Source of the DNA: Myxococcota bacterium
Lineage (GTDB): Bacteria > Myxococcota_A > SURF-8
DNA: 64,000 nt
Direction of reading: 5' to 3'
NCBI GenBank assembly: GCA_963674735.2
Contig: CAXXQS010000001.1
Location: 768,001 to 832,000, forward strand
Under the pieces are notes generated by a model, which had not been told where the DNA came from, ran no database searches, and was given only the letters and a program-made list of their open reading frames with translations. Shown piece by piece: positions 28,169 through 38,083 of the stretch (position 1 is the stretch's first letter; each line of letters begins with the position of its first letter). Made by a program: the position numbers and the translations under genes.

Positions 28169-30717
28169 TGGATGATTACGAACATGAAGCACTAAGATTG
28201 CTGGCGATGGTCAATCGATTGGGAGTATCTTGTCTTTCCTCACTCGTCGCGGCGTTGCTGCTATTGATCGCCGGTCCCCTTTGGGCGCAGGGGCAGGAAC
28301 CCGTCGAACTCGATTCCTCAGGAGGCGGCGTTCACACCACCGCAACGGCGGATGAGCCACAACCGGATGAAGCCCAGGCGGCTGATACAGTCCCCCCGGA
28401 AGCGAACGCCGATGATGAGACGGGAGCGCCTTCACACGTTGTGGAAAAAGATCCAACGCCGGTCGAAGTGGAGGTTCCCCCGAAGGACGATACGTCAACG
28501 GATAAAAAAGAATCTTCTCCCGCCGAAGACGGTGAACTGGAGATCATCATCGAGATGGAGCCGGAAGACCAGGAAGAGGACTCACCGCCACCGGACGACG
28601 GTTCTTTCATGCTGGGGGAGATCACCGTATTCGGCCAGCAGCAGGACTCAACCGTGTCAGCTTCCAAGTACGAAGTCGAGATCGGCAAACTTCATATCGT
28701 GCCGCGAAAGAACGCCGCCGAGCACCTGATGCTGGCGCCGGGTGTCCTCACCACCAACCATGGAGGCGAAGGCCATGCCCACGAGACCTATATGCGCGGC
28801 TTCGCCGCCAAGGAAGGCCAGGACATCGAGTACACGCTGAACGGCGCGCCGTTGAACGAGGTCAGCAATCCCCACGGGCACGGCTACGCCGACCTGCTGT
28901 TCATCCCGCCCGAACTGGTGATGACCGTGCGTATTCTGGAAGGCCCCTTCGATCCGGAACAGGGTGATTTCGCCTTCGCCGGTTCCGCCGACTATCAGCT
29001 TGGCGTGCGGGAGCGCGGCTCGTATCTCAAATACGGCTATGGACGTTGGAACGCGCAGCGCACGCTGTTTCTGATCGCTCCAGAAGAGTTGGACACCGAG
29101 AGCTTCGCGGCTTTTGAGTATTACCAGACCGACGGTTACGGGCCGAACCGCGCGGCCAAACGCGCCAGCGCCTTGGGACAATATTCCCAGGAGGAGGAAC
29201 GCTTGAAGTTCAAGTACACCTTCGGTATCTACGGCTACATGGCCCGCTACGACCAAGCCGGGGTGGTGCGGGAAGACGACTACGAGGCCGGGCGCATGGG
29301 CTTTTTCGACACCTACGATTCGAATCAGGGTGGAGAAAGCAACCGCGTGCTGTTCACCTTTCGCACGCGCGTCGGTCCGAAGAAATCCCGCTTTCAACAG
29401 GTGGCTTTCCTGGGCTGGCGCACCATGCGGTTGCGCACGAACTTCACCGGCTGGTTGCTCGACGACCTCACCGACGGCGATGGCAACTACGTCGCTACCG
29501 AGCAGCGCGGTGACGGTACGGAAATGCGTTACAACGTTCTGACCGCCGGGTCGCGCGGAGACTACACATACAAACCCTATCTGCTCGGTCACGAACAAGC
29601 CCTGAGTTTCGGTTACGCCCTGCGCTTCGATCAGGGCGAAACCAGCCAGCGGCGTCTGCGCGCGGTGACGGCGATTCCCTATAAACGGGTCTTCGACACT
29701 TCGTTCACCATCCTCAACATTGCCGGGTGGACACGCCTGCATTTTCGGCCCTGTCGCTGGTTTGCGCTGAAAGGCGGTGTAAGGTTGGATGCCTTTTCCT
29801 TTGGCGTCACAGACCACAACAAGCCGGAGGCCGACCGGGAAGGTCTGCGCGATCCGAGCCAGACGAGCCAGTCGCTGGGTTATGCCGTCAATCCACGCGT
29901 CACACTGGATTTCCGACTGCACAAAGGGCTGCACCTGCTGGGCAGCTATGGCGAGGGAACACGCTCGACGGAAGCGATGGCGCTTTCCGACAACGAAACC
30001 ACGCCTTTCGCCAAGGCGCATTCCGCCGAAGGCGGTCTGAGTTATCGCCACGGCAAACCGGGCGACCCTTTCTCCGTCAGCGGCCAGGCCAGTTACGTCT
30101 ATACACACATCACCCAGGACATGCTCTTTTCCGAAACCGCCGGGCGCAATATTCCGGTTGGCGCGTCCGACCGCCACGCCGGGCTTTTGGGTCTGCGCTT
30201 CCTGGTCGGTAATTGGTTCGACAGTCTGGTGAACGTTGGCTATGCGCATGCGACTCTGGCCGACACGGGCGAATTGATTCCCTATGTGCCGGAGTGGATC
30301 GTGCGGCTTGATGTGGCGGCGAACGGGCAAATCAGCGATTGGGAGTTGGCCGGGGTGCCGATCACGGGGCGCGTCGGGCTGGGCTTCACGTATGTCCCCG
30401 GTCGCCCGCTGCCACTCAAGCAGACCGGCGATCCCATGTACTTACTAAACCTGGGCGGTGAAATCCGATTGTACCATTTCTCGCTAGGCATCGAAATGCG
30501 CAACCTGTTGGACCTGCGTTATCGTCAGTCGGAGTATCATTACGCCAGCAGCTTCGAGTCCGCCGACGCCATCCCCTCGCAGGTGGCCGAGCGCCACTTC
30601 GTGGCCGGGGAGCCCTTCTTCGCCATGGGGACGATCACCTGGCACATCGAAGACATGATCCGGGGCTTCGTACCGGGATCGACCGGTGAAGACGGCAGCG
30701 AGGACGGCGAGATGTAG
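28168..30717 (+). CDS. TonB-dependent receptor (probably metal uptake)
   Basis: Signal peptide, acidic extension, TonB-box-like EITVFG, plug HGGEGHAHE...RGF.A.EGQD...PHGHGYAD, beta-barrel repeats. Confidence 0.92.
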   Translation: MDDYEHEALRLLAMVNRLGVSCLSSLVAALLLLIAGPLWAQGQEPVELDSSGGGVHTTATADEPQPDEAQAADTVPPEANADDETGAPSHVVEKDPTPVEVEVPPKDDTSTDKKESSPAEDGELEIIIEMEPEDQEEDSPPPDDGSFMLGEITVFGQQQDSTVSASKYEVEIGKLHIVPRKNAAEHLMLAPGVLTTNHGGEGHAHETYMRGFAAKEGQDIEYTLNGAPLNEVSNPHGHGYADLLFIPPELVMTVRILEGPFDPEQGDFAFAGSADYQLGVRERGSYLKYGYGRWNAQRTLFLIAPEELDTESFAAFEYYQTDGYGPNRAAKRASALGQYSQEEERLKFKYTFGIYGYMARYDQAGVVREDDYEAGRMGFFDTYDSNQGGESNRVLFTFRTRVGPKKSRFQQVAFLGWRTMRLRTNFTGWLLDDLTDGDGNYVATEQRGDGTEMRYNVLTAGSRGDYTYKPYLLGHEQALSFGYALRFDQGETSQRRLRAVTAIPYKRVFDTSFTILNIAGWTRLHFRPCRWFALKGGVRLDAFSFGVTDHNKPEADREGLRDPSQTSQSLGYAVNPRVTLDFRLHKGLHLLGSYGEGTRSTEAMALSDNETTPFAKAHSAEGGLSYRHGKPGDPFSVSGQASYVYTHITQDMLFSETAGRNIPVGASDRHAGLLGLRFLVGNWFDSLVNVGYAHATLADTGELIPYVPEWIVRLDVAANGQISDWELAGVPITGRVGLGFTYVPGRPLPLKQTGDPMYLLNLGGEIRLYHFSLGIEMRNLLDLRYRQSEYHYASSFESADAIPSQVAERHFVAGEPFFAMGTITWHIEDMIRGFVPGSTGEDGSEDGEM

Positions 30718-30905
30718 ACAATCCGACCGGGATCAGCCTTTCTTTGTCAAATATTGCTCCACAGCAGCGGAAGGCGCAAGGCTCGTCGCCCTGATCGTGG
30801 AAACGAGCAAGTGTTCTGACTTGTTCACTTGGGCGTGCGTCCCGAAAACTCCGTTCAAGCTGAAATTACTTGCTTATTTATGATCGTTTCACAAAGCTGT
30901 TTTGC

Positions 30906-31707
30906 ATGAAACTCTTGCCGATTATCACAATATTTGCCGCCCTGAACCTCTTCCTGTTCGGTTCCGTCCATCGCAAACTGATCCTGCTCGTCACCTTGCA
31001 ACGCCAGCAACTGGCCGTTTACAAGCGGAAGATCAAGCGACCGAATCTCAAAGAACGGGATTGCCTATTCTGGATGCTTCTGTCCAATATCTGGTCGGAC
31101 TGGAAAGAACATCTGGTCATCGTCAAGCCGGAAACGGTCATCCGATAGCGACGCCGGAAATTCAAGGACTATTGGCGAATGATCTCAACAAGAAGGAGGA
31201 ACATCGGCAGACCGCCCATTACCCAAGAATACATCGAGTTCATTCGCCGCATTTCCGCCGATCATCCGGACTACAGTGGCAAACGTATCGCGGGGATGTT
31301 GAACCTGCTGTTTGGCGTAAATCACGCGTCGAGCACCGTGGATCGCTACCGGGTCAAACTGCCAAAGCCTCCTGGTGGAAATCAGCAGTGGAGCACGTTT
31401 CTCAAGTACCACGCATCCGCCATCTGGTCCTTCGATTTCTGTATCCAGTTCACATTTTTCTTCGCCCAAGTCTACATCCTGATCATCATCGAACTGGAAA
31501 ATCGAAAAATCGTTCACCTCGTTGTGACCATGCACTCGACCTTAGACTGGCTCAAACAGCAGATTCGAAATGCTACGTGGGACGAAAAACCCAAATTCCT
31601 GATCCACGACAACGACGGCATCTTCGGTCAGTTGGGAAAGCCGGTTACTGTGCGATTCAATGGGAAAACGGTTTCCTACCGTTCTTCATTGGATGTCTGG
31701 CTGGTCC
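30906..31707 (+). pseudogene. Integrase-core (DDE) transposase pseudogene
   Basis: RQQLAV..R..KRP, IVKPETVIR(TAG)RR, GRPP, W.TFL..H...W..DF, PKFLIHDNDG.FG; in-frame stop at 31146-31148 and 3' truncation. Confidence 0.85.
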
Positions 31708-31817
31708 TGACCTGCCCTCCTGAACCGAATCCAGTTTTTGTGTTCGATTTTTACTGGATATTGAGGAAAGGAGCCAGGAATATGGCGAAAAAGACGAATG
31801 TTGAGGAGGGCAGTTAT
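31708..31817 (+). mobile_element. IS3-family miniature remnant
   Basis: TGACCTGCCCTCCT left end, RBS AAGGAG, MAKKTNVEE start, then inverted AGGAGGGCAG. Confidence 0.55.
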
Positions 31818-31906
31818 CCTGCTCAGACATTTTTTAGATGGCTTGTAAAAAAACCGGCAATCAGCATGCCGGTTTTAAGTGCGCAATCGCTGCTTCGATC
31901 GGTCGA

Positions 31907-32455
31907 TTACATGCCTTTCAGGATGTACCAGCGATCGCCCTCCAGTTCCAGAATCATTTCGTTATCGTCGGCTTTGGAATGCCAGACTTCTTCATCGAGA
32001 TTGTCGCTGACCGTCGCAAACTGGCCGGTTTCATCGCTGTACTTGGGAGGAGGGAGCTTGAAATCGGTGGTGTAGTGGTAGAGCACCGTGACGACGTTAC
32101 GGTCTTCGCTGAATTCGACGCTCTTGTAAATGATCTTCATGCGTACTTGCGTGACGCGACGAAATTCCGGTGAACGCAGAAACTCGATCAGTCCTTTGTG
32201 GTCGTAGTTGTTGCTACTGTTGGAATCGCCGTTTTTCTCGAAATAGTTTTTCGAGGCCAGTGCGATCAGCATATCAGCGTCGCGTGCTTCCATCGCTTTG
32301 CGGTACATTTCAACCGTGCGAATCACGTCCCGCGATTCATCCGAATCTTCGATCTTGGTGTCTTCGATGTAGCGGGTGGTGCAAGCACTCGCCAGCATGA
32401 GCAGAATAGCGGCAAAGGCCGGAATCAAGCTCGTTGTGCATGTCAATCGTCGCAT
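31907..32455 (-). CDS. NTF2-like lipoprotein at the end of the T2SS operon
   Basis: Lipobox LASAC; YR.AME.RDAD.L..LAS.NY.E; C-terminal WYILKGM. Confidence 0.8.
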   Translation of the reverse strand: MRRLTCTTSLIPAFAAILLMLASACTTRYIEDTKIEDSDESRDVIRTVEMYRKAMEARDADMLIALASKNYFEKNGDSNSSNNYDHKGLIEFLRSPEFRRVTQVRMKIIYKSVEFSEDRNVVTVLYHYTTDFKLPPPKYSDETGQFATVSDNLDEEVWHSKADDNEMILELEGDRWYILKGM

Positions 32456-32460
32456 ATCAA

Positions 32461-33765
32461 TCACTCCTCTTCTTCGGCTGCGTCATCCGTTGCGCCTTCT
32501 TCGGACGCGTCGTCGGGGGATGGGATTTCGTCGGATTCTTCCTCTTCTTCCTCTTCTTCTTCGAGCTCTTCTTCGAATTCTTCCTCTTCCTGCTCATCCA
32601 GTTCTTCGTCGTCTTCCGGTTCGTCCTGCTTGTCGAGGACTGGCTTGGGAGACCGCGTTCGGGTTCGTCCGGGTGTGCGGCTGCGGCCGCGTTTGGGCGG
32701 GGTTCGGCGATTGCGGTCGACTTTCGGCTTGGGCGGTTTGGTGGGCCGCTTTCGGTCGAGCGCTTTGCCTGCGGGTGACTTCTTGTCTTGATCGGGTTTG
32801 GCCGTGTTGGCGCGCGATGGAGAGGTTCTGCGTTTGCCTTTCGTGAACTTGTACTCTGCGGCCTTGTTGGGTACCGGTTTCAGGTTATTGAGCGTGCCGC
32901 GCAGGGTGTGATAGTAAAAGCCGTCGCTGCCTTTGGCATTGTTCAGGGTCGATAGCGCCAGCTTGAAGATGTCGTCTTTTTTAAGCAATTCATCCGTGAG
33001 CTTGAAGCGATAGTCGAGATTGGCACGAGAGTACCCGAGCTTTTTGGATAGGGTGATACTGCCGCGCATGTCCGATTCCATGTCGGGGCTGGACTGCTGA
33101 AAGGTCTTGACGTCGATGCGGCCTTTGTCGATTTCGAAACGGGCGTCGAGATTTCCGGTCCGCACCAGCGGAAGCTCCATTCCGAATTTTCCGGGGCCGG
33201 TGGAACCGTTAGCCACTTTCATTTCGGCGAAGCCCTTCGACTGCTCCAGCTTCTTGAGATTCAAGGTGATATCGCTGTTGAGCGAAAACGTGCCTTTGAT
33301 CGGCAGGTCTTTGTACTTGTTTTTAAAGTAGGGAATCTGTTCGAACAACAGGTTTTCGATTTCAAGAGCCGAGACATAAACCTGTTCGTCCTGATTGACT
33401 TTGAATGAGCCTTCGACACGCCCGCCGAAAATTTCCGCGCTCAGATCGATGGCCGGGGTTCCGGCAATCAGAGAGAACAAGCCCGCTTTGACGGACAGGC
33501 GGGGAATGATAAGCGGCAGAAAATCGTTGGGTTTATCGTCGGTGCTGTCCAGCCGCACATCGATGGCGGTGAAACCGAGCGGCAGGCTGGTTTCCAGCTC
33601 CTCGGCGTCCATATGCAAATGGTGCTGCTGGCCCAATTGCTTGTTGATCAAACCCGTCATCTGCTCGACGGGGAATGTCCAAAGCAAAGAGATCAGTAGG
33701 CAGACCAAGGCAAATAGCGGATATCCCACCCATTTCAGGATCTTGATGTAACGTGATTTCAGCAT
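32461..33765 (-). CDS. gspN: Type II secretion system protein N
   Basis: Follows gspM; N-terminal TM ending WTFP; beta-rich body; charged tail. Confidence 0.8.
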   Translation of the reverse strand: MLKSRYIKILKWVGYPLFALVCLLISLLWTFPVEQMTGLINKQLGQQHHLHMDAEELETSLPLGFTAIDVRLDSTDDKPNDFLPLIIPRLSVKAGLFSLIAGTPAIDLSAEIFGGRVEGSFKVNQDEQVYVSALEIENLLFEQIPYFKNKYKDLPIKGTFSLNSDITLNLKKLEQSKGFAEMKVANGSTGPGKFGMELPLVRTGNLDARFEIDKGRIDVKTFQQSSPDMESDMRGSITLSKKLGYSRANLDYRFKLTDELLKKDDIFKLALSTLNNAKGSDGFYYHTLRGTLNNLKPVPNKAAEYKFTKGKRRTSPSRANTAKPDQDKKSPAGKALDRKRPTKPPKPKVDRNRRTPPKRGRSRTPGRTRTRSPKPVLDKQDEPEDDEELDEQEEEEFEEELEEEEEEEEESDEIPSPDDASEEGATDDAAEEEE

Positions 33766-33801
33766 CGATCGTCCTTTTTGCCTGCGTCTAAAACGGCGGG
33801 C

Positions 33802-34365
33802 TTAGTCTTCAAGTGGCACCAGCGTGCTGATGTTAAAGCTTGCATCCACCAACGAGCGGTCGTCGAAACGCGGCCGCATGCTGATGGAACGGATGAAAAA
33901 CAGTTTGTTCCGTTTTTCGATGGCCTGCAGAAAAGCGAGCAGCGTTCCGAGTTCGAGCTTTTTCACCTGCACCTTGACCGATTCCTCGCGCACGCCCGAT
34001 TGGCGGTCGACGGCGCCTTTGGATTGCGAGATCTGATCGATCTCGACCGCGCTTTCCTGGGCCAATCCGCCGATATCACGCATGAGCGTGTTCTTGTTCT
34101 GGGTGATTTCCTTCTTCACGCTTTCGAGGGAACGGCGCGCGGTGACATAGCGGTTTTTCAGACTGAGAATACGTTCGTAGTTGTCGCGTTTGGTTTCGAG
34201 GCGGTCTTCCAGGTTGCCCAGCGATAGGTTGACGCTGATTCCGATCAAAACGGCCACCACGATGATTATCGCGCCGATTGTGGTCAGGACCAGCACCTTT
34301 TCGCGGCCGGAGAGCCGGTCGAACAGCATGCCGAGCTCGTCTATGAATTGTCTGATTCGATCCAC
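33802..34365 (-). CDS. gspM: Type II secretion system protein M
   Basis: LSGREK motif before the TM, coiled coil, operon position. Confidence 0.85.
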   Translation of the reverse strand: MDRIRQFIDELGMLFDRLSGREKVLVLTTIGAIIIVVAVLIGISVNLSLGNLEDRLETKRDNYERILSLKNRYVTARRSLESVKKEITQNKNTLMRDIGGLAQESAVEIDQISQSKGAVDRQSGVREESVKVQVKKLELGTLLAFLQAIEKRNKLFFIRSISMRPRFDDRSLVDASFNISTLVPLED

Positions 34366-34380
34366 GATCGTCCCCTTTGT

Positions 34381-36129
34381 CTATTTCTTCGCGCTTCCGC
34401 AATCCACGTTGATGTTGAGGGAAAACTGGATTTTCCCTTCCCGCACCGAACTGCGAGTCGGACCCTGGTTGATACTGCGGAAACAGTCGTATTGCTTCAG
34501 ATTTTCTACGATGATTCCAACTGAAGGAATGCCGTCGACATCGCCCTTCAGCTTGATTTTCTTGTCGGTGATTTCGAGATCCTGAAGATCGACCACGGTG
34601 TTGTCGGTCATCATGCGCGAGATCAGCTCGTCGTAGAGATCCAGGGTGCTGGTTTCGGGTTTGAGCTTCGATCCGCCACCGCCCTGATTGCCGATGACTT
34701 CCATCATCTGCGAGACGCAGATTTTGGGGTCGCTCACTTCCTTGCCGAGTATTTGCTTGCAATTGTCGGCAATGGCGGTCGTCATGACCTCGTCCTGATT
34801 GCTCAACACGCGGAATTGCGACCACAGGCTGATGAGGAAGAACAGGAAAATGACCGCCATGCTGATACCCAGATGCGCAAAACGTCCCTTCCAGAACTCG
34901 AAATCGCCTTTGAAGGCAAATTCGCCTTTGCGGAAATTGAGGCGTTTGAGACGCGAGCCGGAGAGCCCGGCGAAGGCCATTCCCAGCGCGGCGGACAGAC
35001 GTGGGATATCTTCGGAACTTTCGGCCAGCGGACCGAACTTTTCAAGCGGGGGTGCGTAGCACGCAACCGGCTTGCCGATCTGCTCCGCCAGAAACTCTTC
35101 GATATTGCGCAGGTGAGAACTGCCGCCGGTGAGGCAGAGCGTGTCCACGGTGCGACGGGTTTCGGTGGCGTGGGCTTTAAAGGTCAGCTTGATCTGGCGG
35201 ATCAACTGTGTAAGCGAGGTTTCCAGGGTTTCCGCCGTTTTGATGTCCGGAGTCTCATCGGCTTCGGCGTTGGCGGATCGTAGGAATCCATGCTCGCGTT
35301 TGAAGGTCTCGGCGGCTTCGAAGTCCATCCCGTGTGCGGTGGCGAGCGCCTGCGTCAGATCCTGTCCCCCGAAGGGCACGCTGCGGATGAAGCTGATGAC
35401 GCCGTCCAGAATGAGGCAGATGGAGGTTTTCCGGTGGCCGATGTCGATCAGGGCGTGGCAGCCTTGCCGTTGCTCTTCCGTGGCGAACTGCAAGAACAGG
35501 TTGCCCAGCGCCAAACCGTCGATGATGACCCCGCGCGGTTCTTTGCCCGTATCGCTGAAATTGGCCAGATAATCTTCGATGGCTTCACGATCGAGGATGC
35601 CGGCGAGCAGGCGGGCCGAATTGGGCGTATGCTCGACGACTTGGTAATCGATGAGCTTATCGGCGAGCTGGAAGGGCAGGGTGTCTTCCAGATTGAAAGC
35701 CAGGGTGGCGTCGATCTTGCGCGTGTCGGAGAAGGGAACCGTCAGCGCCTTAAGCGAAATGCGGTCGGCGTCGAAGGCGGTGTAGATGGAGTCCCAGTCG
35801 TTTCCGTAGCGTCGGATGAACTGCTGCAAGACAAGCCGCAGGCGGTCGCGTTCGGGGTCGAAAGCGTCCGCTTCGTCGTCATCGACTTCCGCCGTGTCTT
35901 CCGCCTCGCCGTTTTCGTCCGCCTCGTCCTCATTCGTTTCCTCTTCCGGAGGCGAAGAAGGCGCGTCGACAGGCGCGATTTTGTCGATCAGCGACTTCGT
36001 TTCGACATAGCCCGTCGCGATACTCATTTCGTGGTAGCCGATCAGTTCCCAGCCGCGATAGGTGCTTTCGAGCACGGCTGCTTTGATGGAATGGCTCCCG
36101 ATGTCCAATCCGGCGATTTTCTGCGCCAT
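34381..36129 (-). CDS. gspL: Type II secretion system protein L (PilM/PilN-like)
   Basis: GLDIGSHSIK, IDIGH.KT, LTGGSS actin-like motifs; LNFRKGEF; TM. Confidence 0.9.
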   Translation of the reverse strand: MAQKIAGLDIGSHSIKAAVLESTYRGWELIGYHEMSIATGYVETKSLIDKIAPVDAPSSPPEEETNEDEADENGEAEDTAEVDDDEADAFDPERDRLRLVLQQFIRRYGNDWDSIYTAFDADRISLKALTVPFSDTRKIDATLAFNLEDTLPFQLADKLIDYQVVEHTPNSARLLAGILDREAIEDYLANFSDTGKEPRGVIIDGLALGNLFLQFATEEQRQGCHALIDIGHRKTSICLILDGVISFIRSVPFGGQDLTQALATAHGMDFEAAETFKREHGFLRSANAEADETPDIKTAETLETSLTQLIRQIKLTFKAHATETRRTVDTLCLTGGSSHLRNIEEFLAEQIGKPVACYAPPLEKFGPLAESSEDIPRLSAALGMAFAGLSGSRLKRLNFRKGEFAFKGDFEFWKGRFAHLGISMAVIFLFFLISLWSQFRVLSNQDEVMTTAIADNCKQILGKEVSDPKICVSQMMEVIGNQGGGGSKLKPETSTLDLYDELISRMMTDNTVVDLQDLEITDKKIKLKGDVDGIPSVGIIVENLKQYDCFRSINQGPTRSSVREGKIQFSLNINVDCGSAKK

Positions 36130-36142
36130 CGCCTCTCCTTTG

Positions 36143-37375
36143 CTAGTCTTCCCGGTAATACAGCAAATGCCCGCTCTGGGTCATGACCGCGCGAATGTTG
36201 CGCATCACGCCATTGATATCGGCGCTGGCATTTACCGTAAAGATGCTGCTTTTAACCGTAATCATCTTCTTCAACGTATTGCGGCCGCCGGATTTGAGCT
36301 CCAAGAACAGTTCGGGGCCGTTGGTGAGGAAGTTGAGAAATCCGTCTTCGTTCCAGAACCCCGCGTTTTGAACGCGGAAGTCCATGATGATGTCGATGAT
36401 GCGCTGCATTTCTTCTTCGACCGGGATCGGCGGCTCGATGTTCTGCTCGATCAGGGCGCGCATCACTTCGACCCCGCAGGTGTTGATATTGATTTTACCG
36501 GTGCGATACACGGTCAGCTGGTCCCCGAACAAACGCCAGAAGCGGTCGTCGATTCCGGCGATCAACTGAAGCTCGTCGTGGGAATCGAGCATATGATTCT
36601 TGCTGCTGTATTTGTCTTCGAGGAAATCGTAGCGGGAATCTTCATCCCCCGACTCGAAGCCCGAGCGCGTTTGATCGGGATCGATCCAGTCGATGATGGC
36701 CGAGATGATCTCCTGCCGGTCGTGGTACTGCCCGTTTTTGTCGGGGTTTTCGAACAGCGGATCGTATTTTTCCGGTGCGAACAGACTTTCCAGCCCGGCC
36801 TGCATGACCTGCTTTTCGGCGAAATTATTGGGCCGGATATTGACATTCATCTTGCGTTCTTCGTCGACGATCTCGGCGTGGAAGTGACCCTCGAACTCTC
36901 CGAAGCCCTCGGCTTCACCGAACGACATGGCCTGAGCCTGTTCGGTTTGTTTGGAGGCGAAACTGTCCTCTTCTTCGAGTCCTTGCCCCAGCAGGGTGTC
37001 CTGGAACAGGCTTTCCTGATCCTGCATCGAAAACATGCCGCCCGCCACGGCGCGCGCCAGATCGCTGTCGACCGGAATCATCTGCCACAACTGAATGTTC
37101 GGCGGGTTGTTCTTCCAGAAGCGCTGGATCATCTGATCGACTTGCGTTTGGAAGAACAGAATCAGGCGGGTGAATTCCATGGCCGAGCGCGCCAGGTAGA
37201 GCGCACGTGTGCGGTCGCGGAAGTTGCCCACCGATTGCAGGTATACGCGCGATTCGTACTGGAATTCCACGGAGACCACTGTCAGGATGATCACCACGGT
37301 CAGTACCATGATCAGCGCCACGCCCTTGCGTCCGTTCAGCGCTTCGCGTTTATGTTTGTTGACCTGCTCGTCCAT
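36143..37375 (-). CDS. gspK: Type II secretion minor pseudopilin K
   Basis: G|VALIMVL prepilin; DEERKMNVN, IIDWID.D, GKININT. Confidence 0.93.
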   Translation of the reverse strand: MDEQVNKHKREALNGRKGVALIMVLTVVIILTVVSVEFQYESRVYLQSVGNFRDRTRALYLARSAMEFTRLILFFQTQVDQMIQRFWKNNPPNIQLWQMIPVDSDLARAVAGGMFSMQDQESLFQDTLLGQGLEEEDSFASKQTEQAQAMSFGEAEGFGEFEGHFHAEIVDEERKMNVNIRPNNFAEKQVMQAGLESLFAPEKYDPLFENPDKNGQYHDRQEIISAIIDWIDPDQTRSGFESGDEDSRYDFLEDKYSSKNHMLDSHDELQLIAGIDDRFWRLFGDQLTVYRTGKININTCGVEVMRALIEQNIEPPIPVEEEMQRIIDIIMDFRVQNAGFWNEDGFLNFLTNGPELFLELKSGGRNTLKKMITVKSSIFTVNASADINGVMRNIRAVMTQSGHLLYYRED

Positions 37376-37384
37376 TCCTCAGCC

Positions 37385-38077
37385 TCAAATCGATACGAGA
37401 TCGACGGGTTTTTGCAGCATGATCTGGGTTTTCGTATAAAACGTGATTTCCTTGCCGTTTTCATCGAGAATGGTCAACTCGATTTGAACGATTCGCGGGA
37501 TTTTCTCGAACTGCTCGATTTGTGAAGTATCCCACTCTTCCACCCACTCTTTTTCGCCTTCGTCCCAGATCTGGACTTCGAAATCCTCCACATCGTCGGC
37601 CAGGATCATCTTTTTTCCGCCCCAGCCGGGTTCTTCATCGATGCGTTTTTGTTCGCGCCGCATCAGGTTCAGCACATCCTTTTTTTCAGGATCTTCTTCG
37701 AGGAAAAAACCGATTTCGCATTGGTCCGATTCGTCTACATCGGCGTAAAGTTTGGTATGGGCAAAAGCCGTGAAATCCAGGCGGTCGCCGGGGTCTTTGT
37801 TTTCAAGCCGGAAAATGTAACGCGGCGATTCGTCGGTGTTCGGATCGACATGCTTGGACAGATAGGCCATGGCGATTTCGGAAGTCATGCGATCCATGGC
37901 GATGCGGACTTTATGATAGCGCTCCTGGATATTTCGCAGGTATTGCGGAATTTCCAGGCTGCGGGCGAAGGAACTGTAAATCAAGGTCGATACCATGCCC
38001 AGGATGGTCACGGCGATCATGATCTCCATGAGCGAAAAGCAGCCCCGGCTCAGCATGTTGGGCGTGCGACGGCGCAT
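37385..38077 (-). CDS. gspJ: Type II secretion minor pseudopilin J
   Basis: FSLMEIMIA N-terminus; W..EWD and PR.V.I.L motifs; operon position. Confidence 0.88.
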   Translation of the reverse strand: MRRRTPNMLSRGCFSLMEIMIAVTILGMVSTLIYSSFARSLEIPQYLRNIQERYHKVRIAMDRMTSEIAMAYLSKHVDPNTDESPRYIFRLENKDPGDRLDFTAFAHTKLYADVDESDQCEIGFFLEEDPEKKDVLNLMRREQKRIDEEPGWGGKKMILADDVEDFEVQIWDEGEKEWVEEWDTSQIEQFEKIPRIVQIELTILDENGKEITFYTKTQIMLQKPVDLVSI

Positions 38078-38083
38078 GGTCGT

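Noticed and set aside
28657-30330. 557-aa minus-strand ORF, and similar long antisense ORFs over gspK, hppA and gldG
   Set aside because: Fully overlap well-supported genes on the opposite strand
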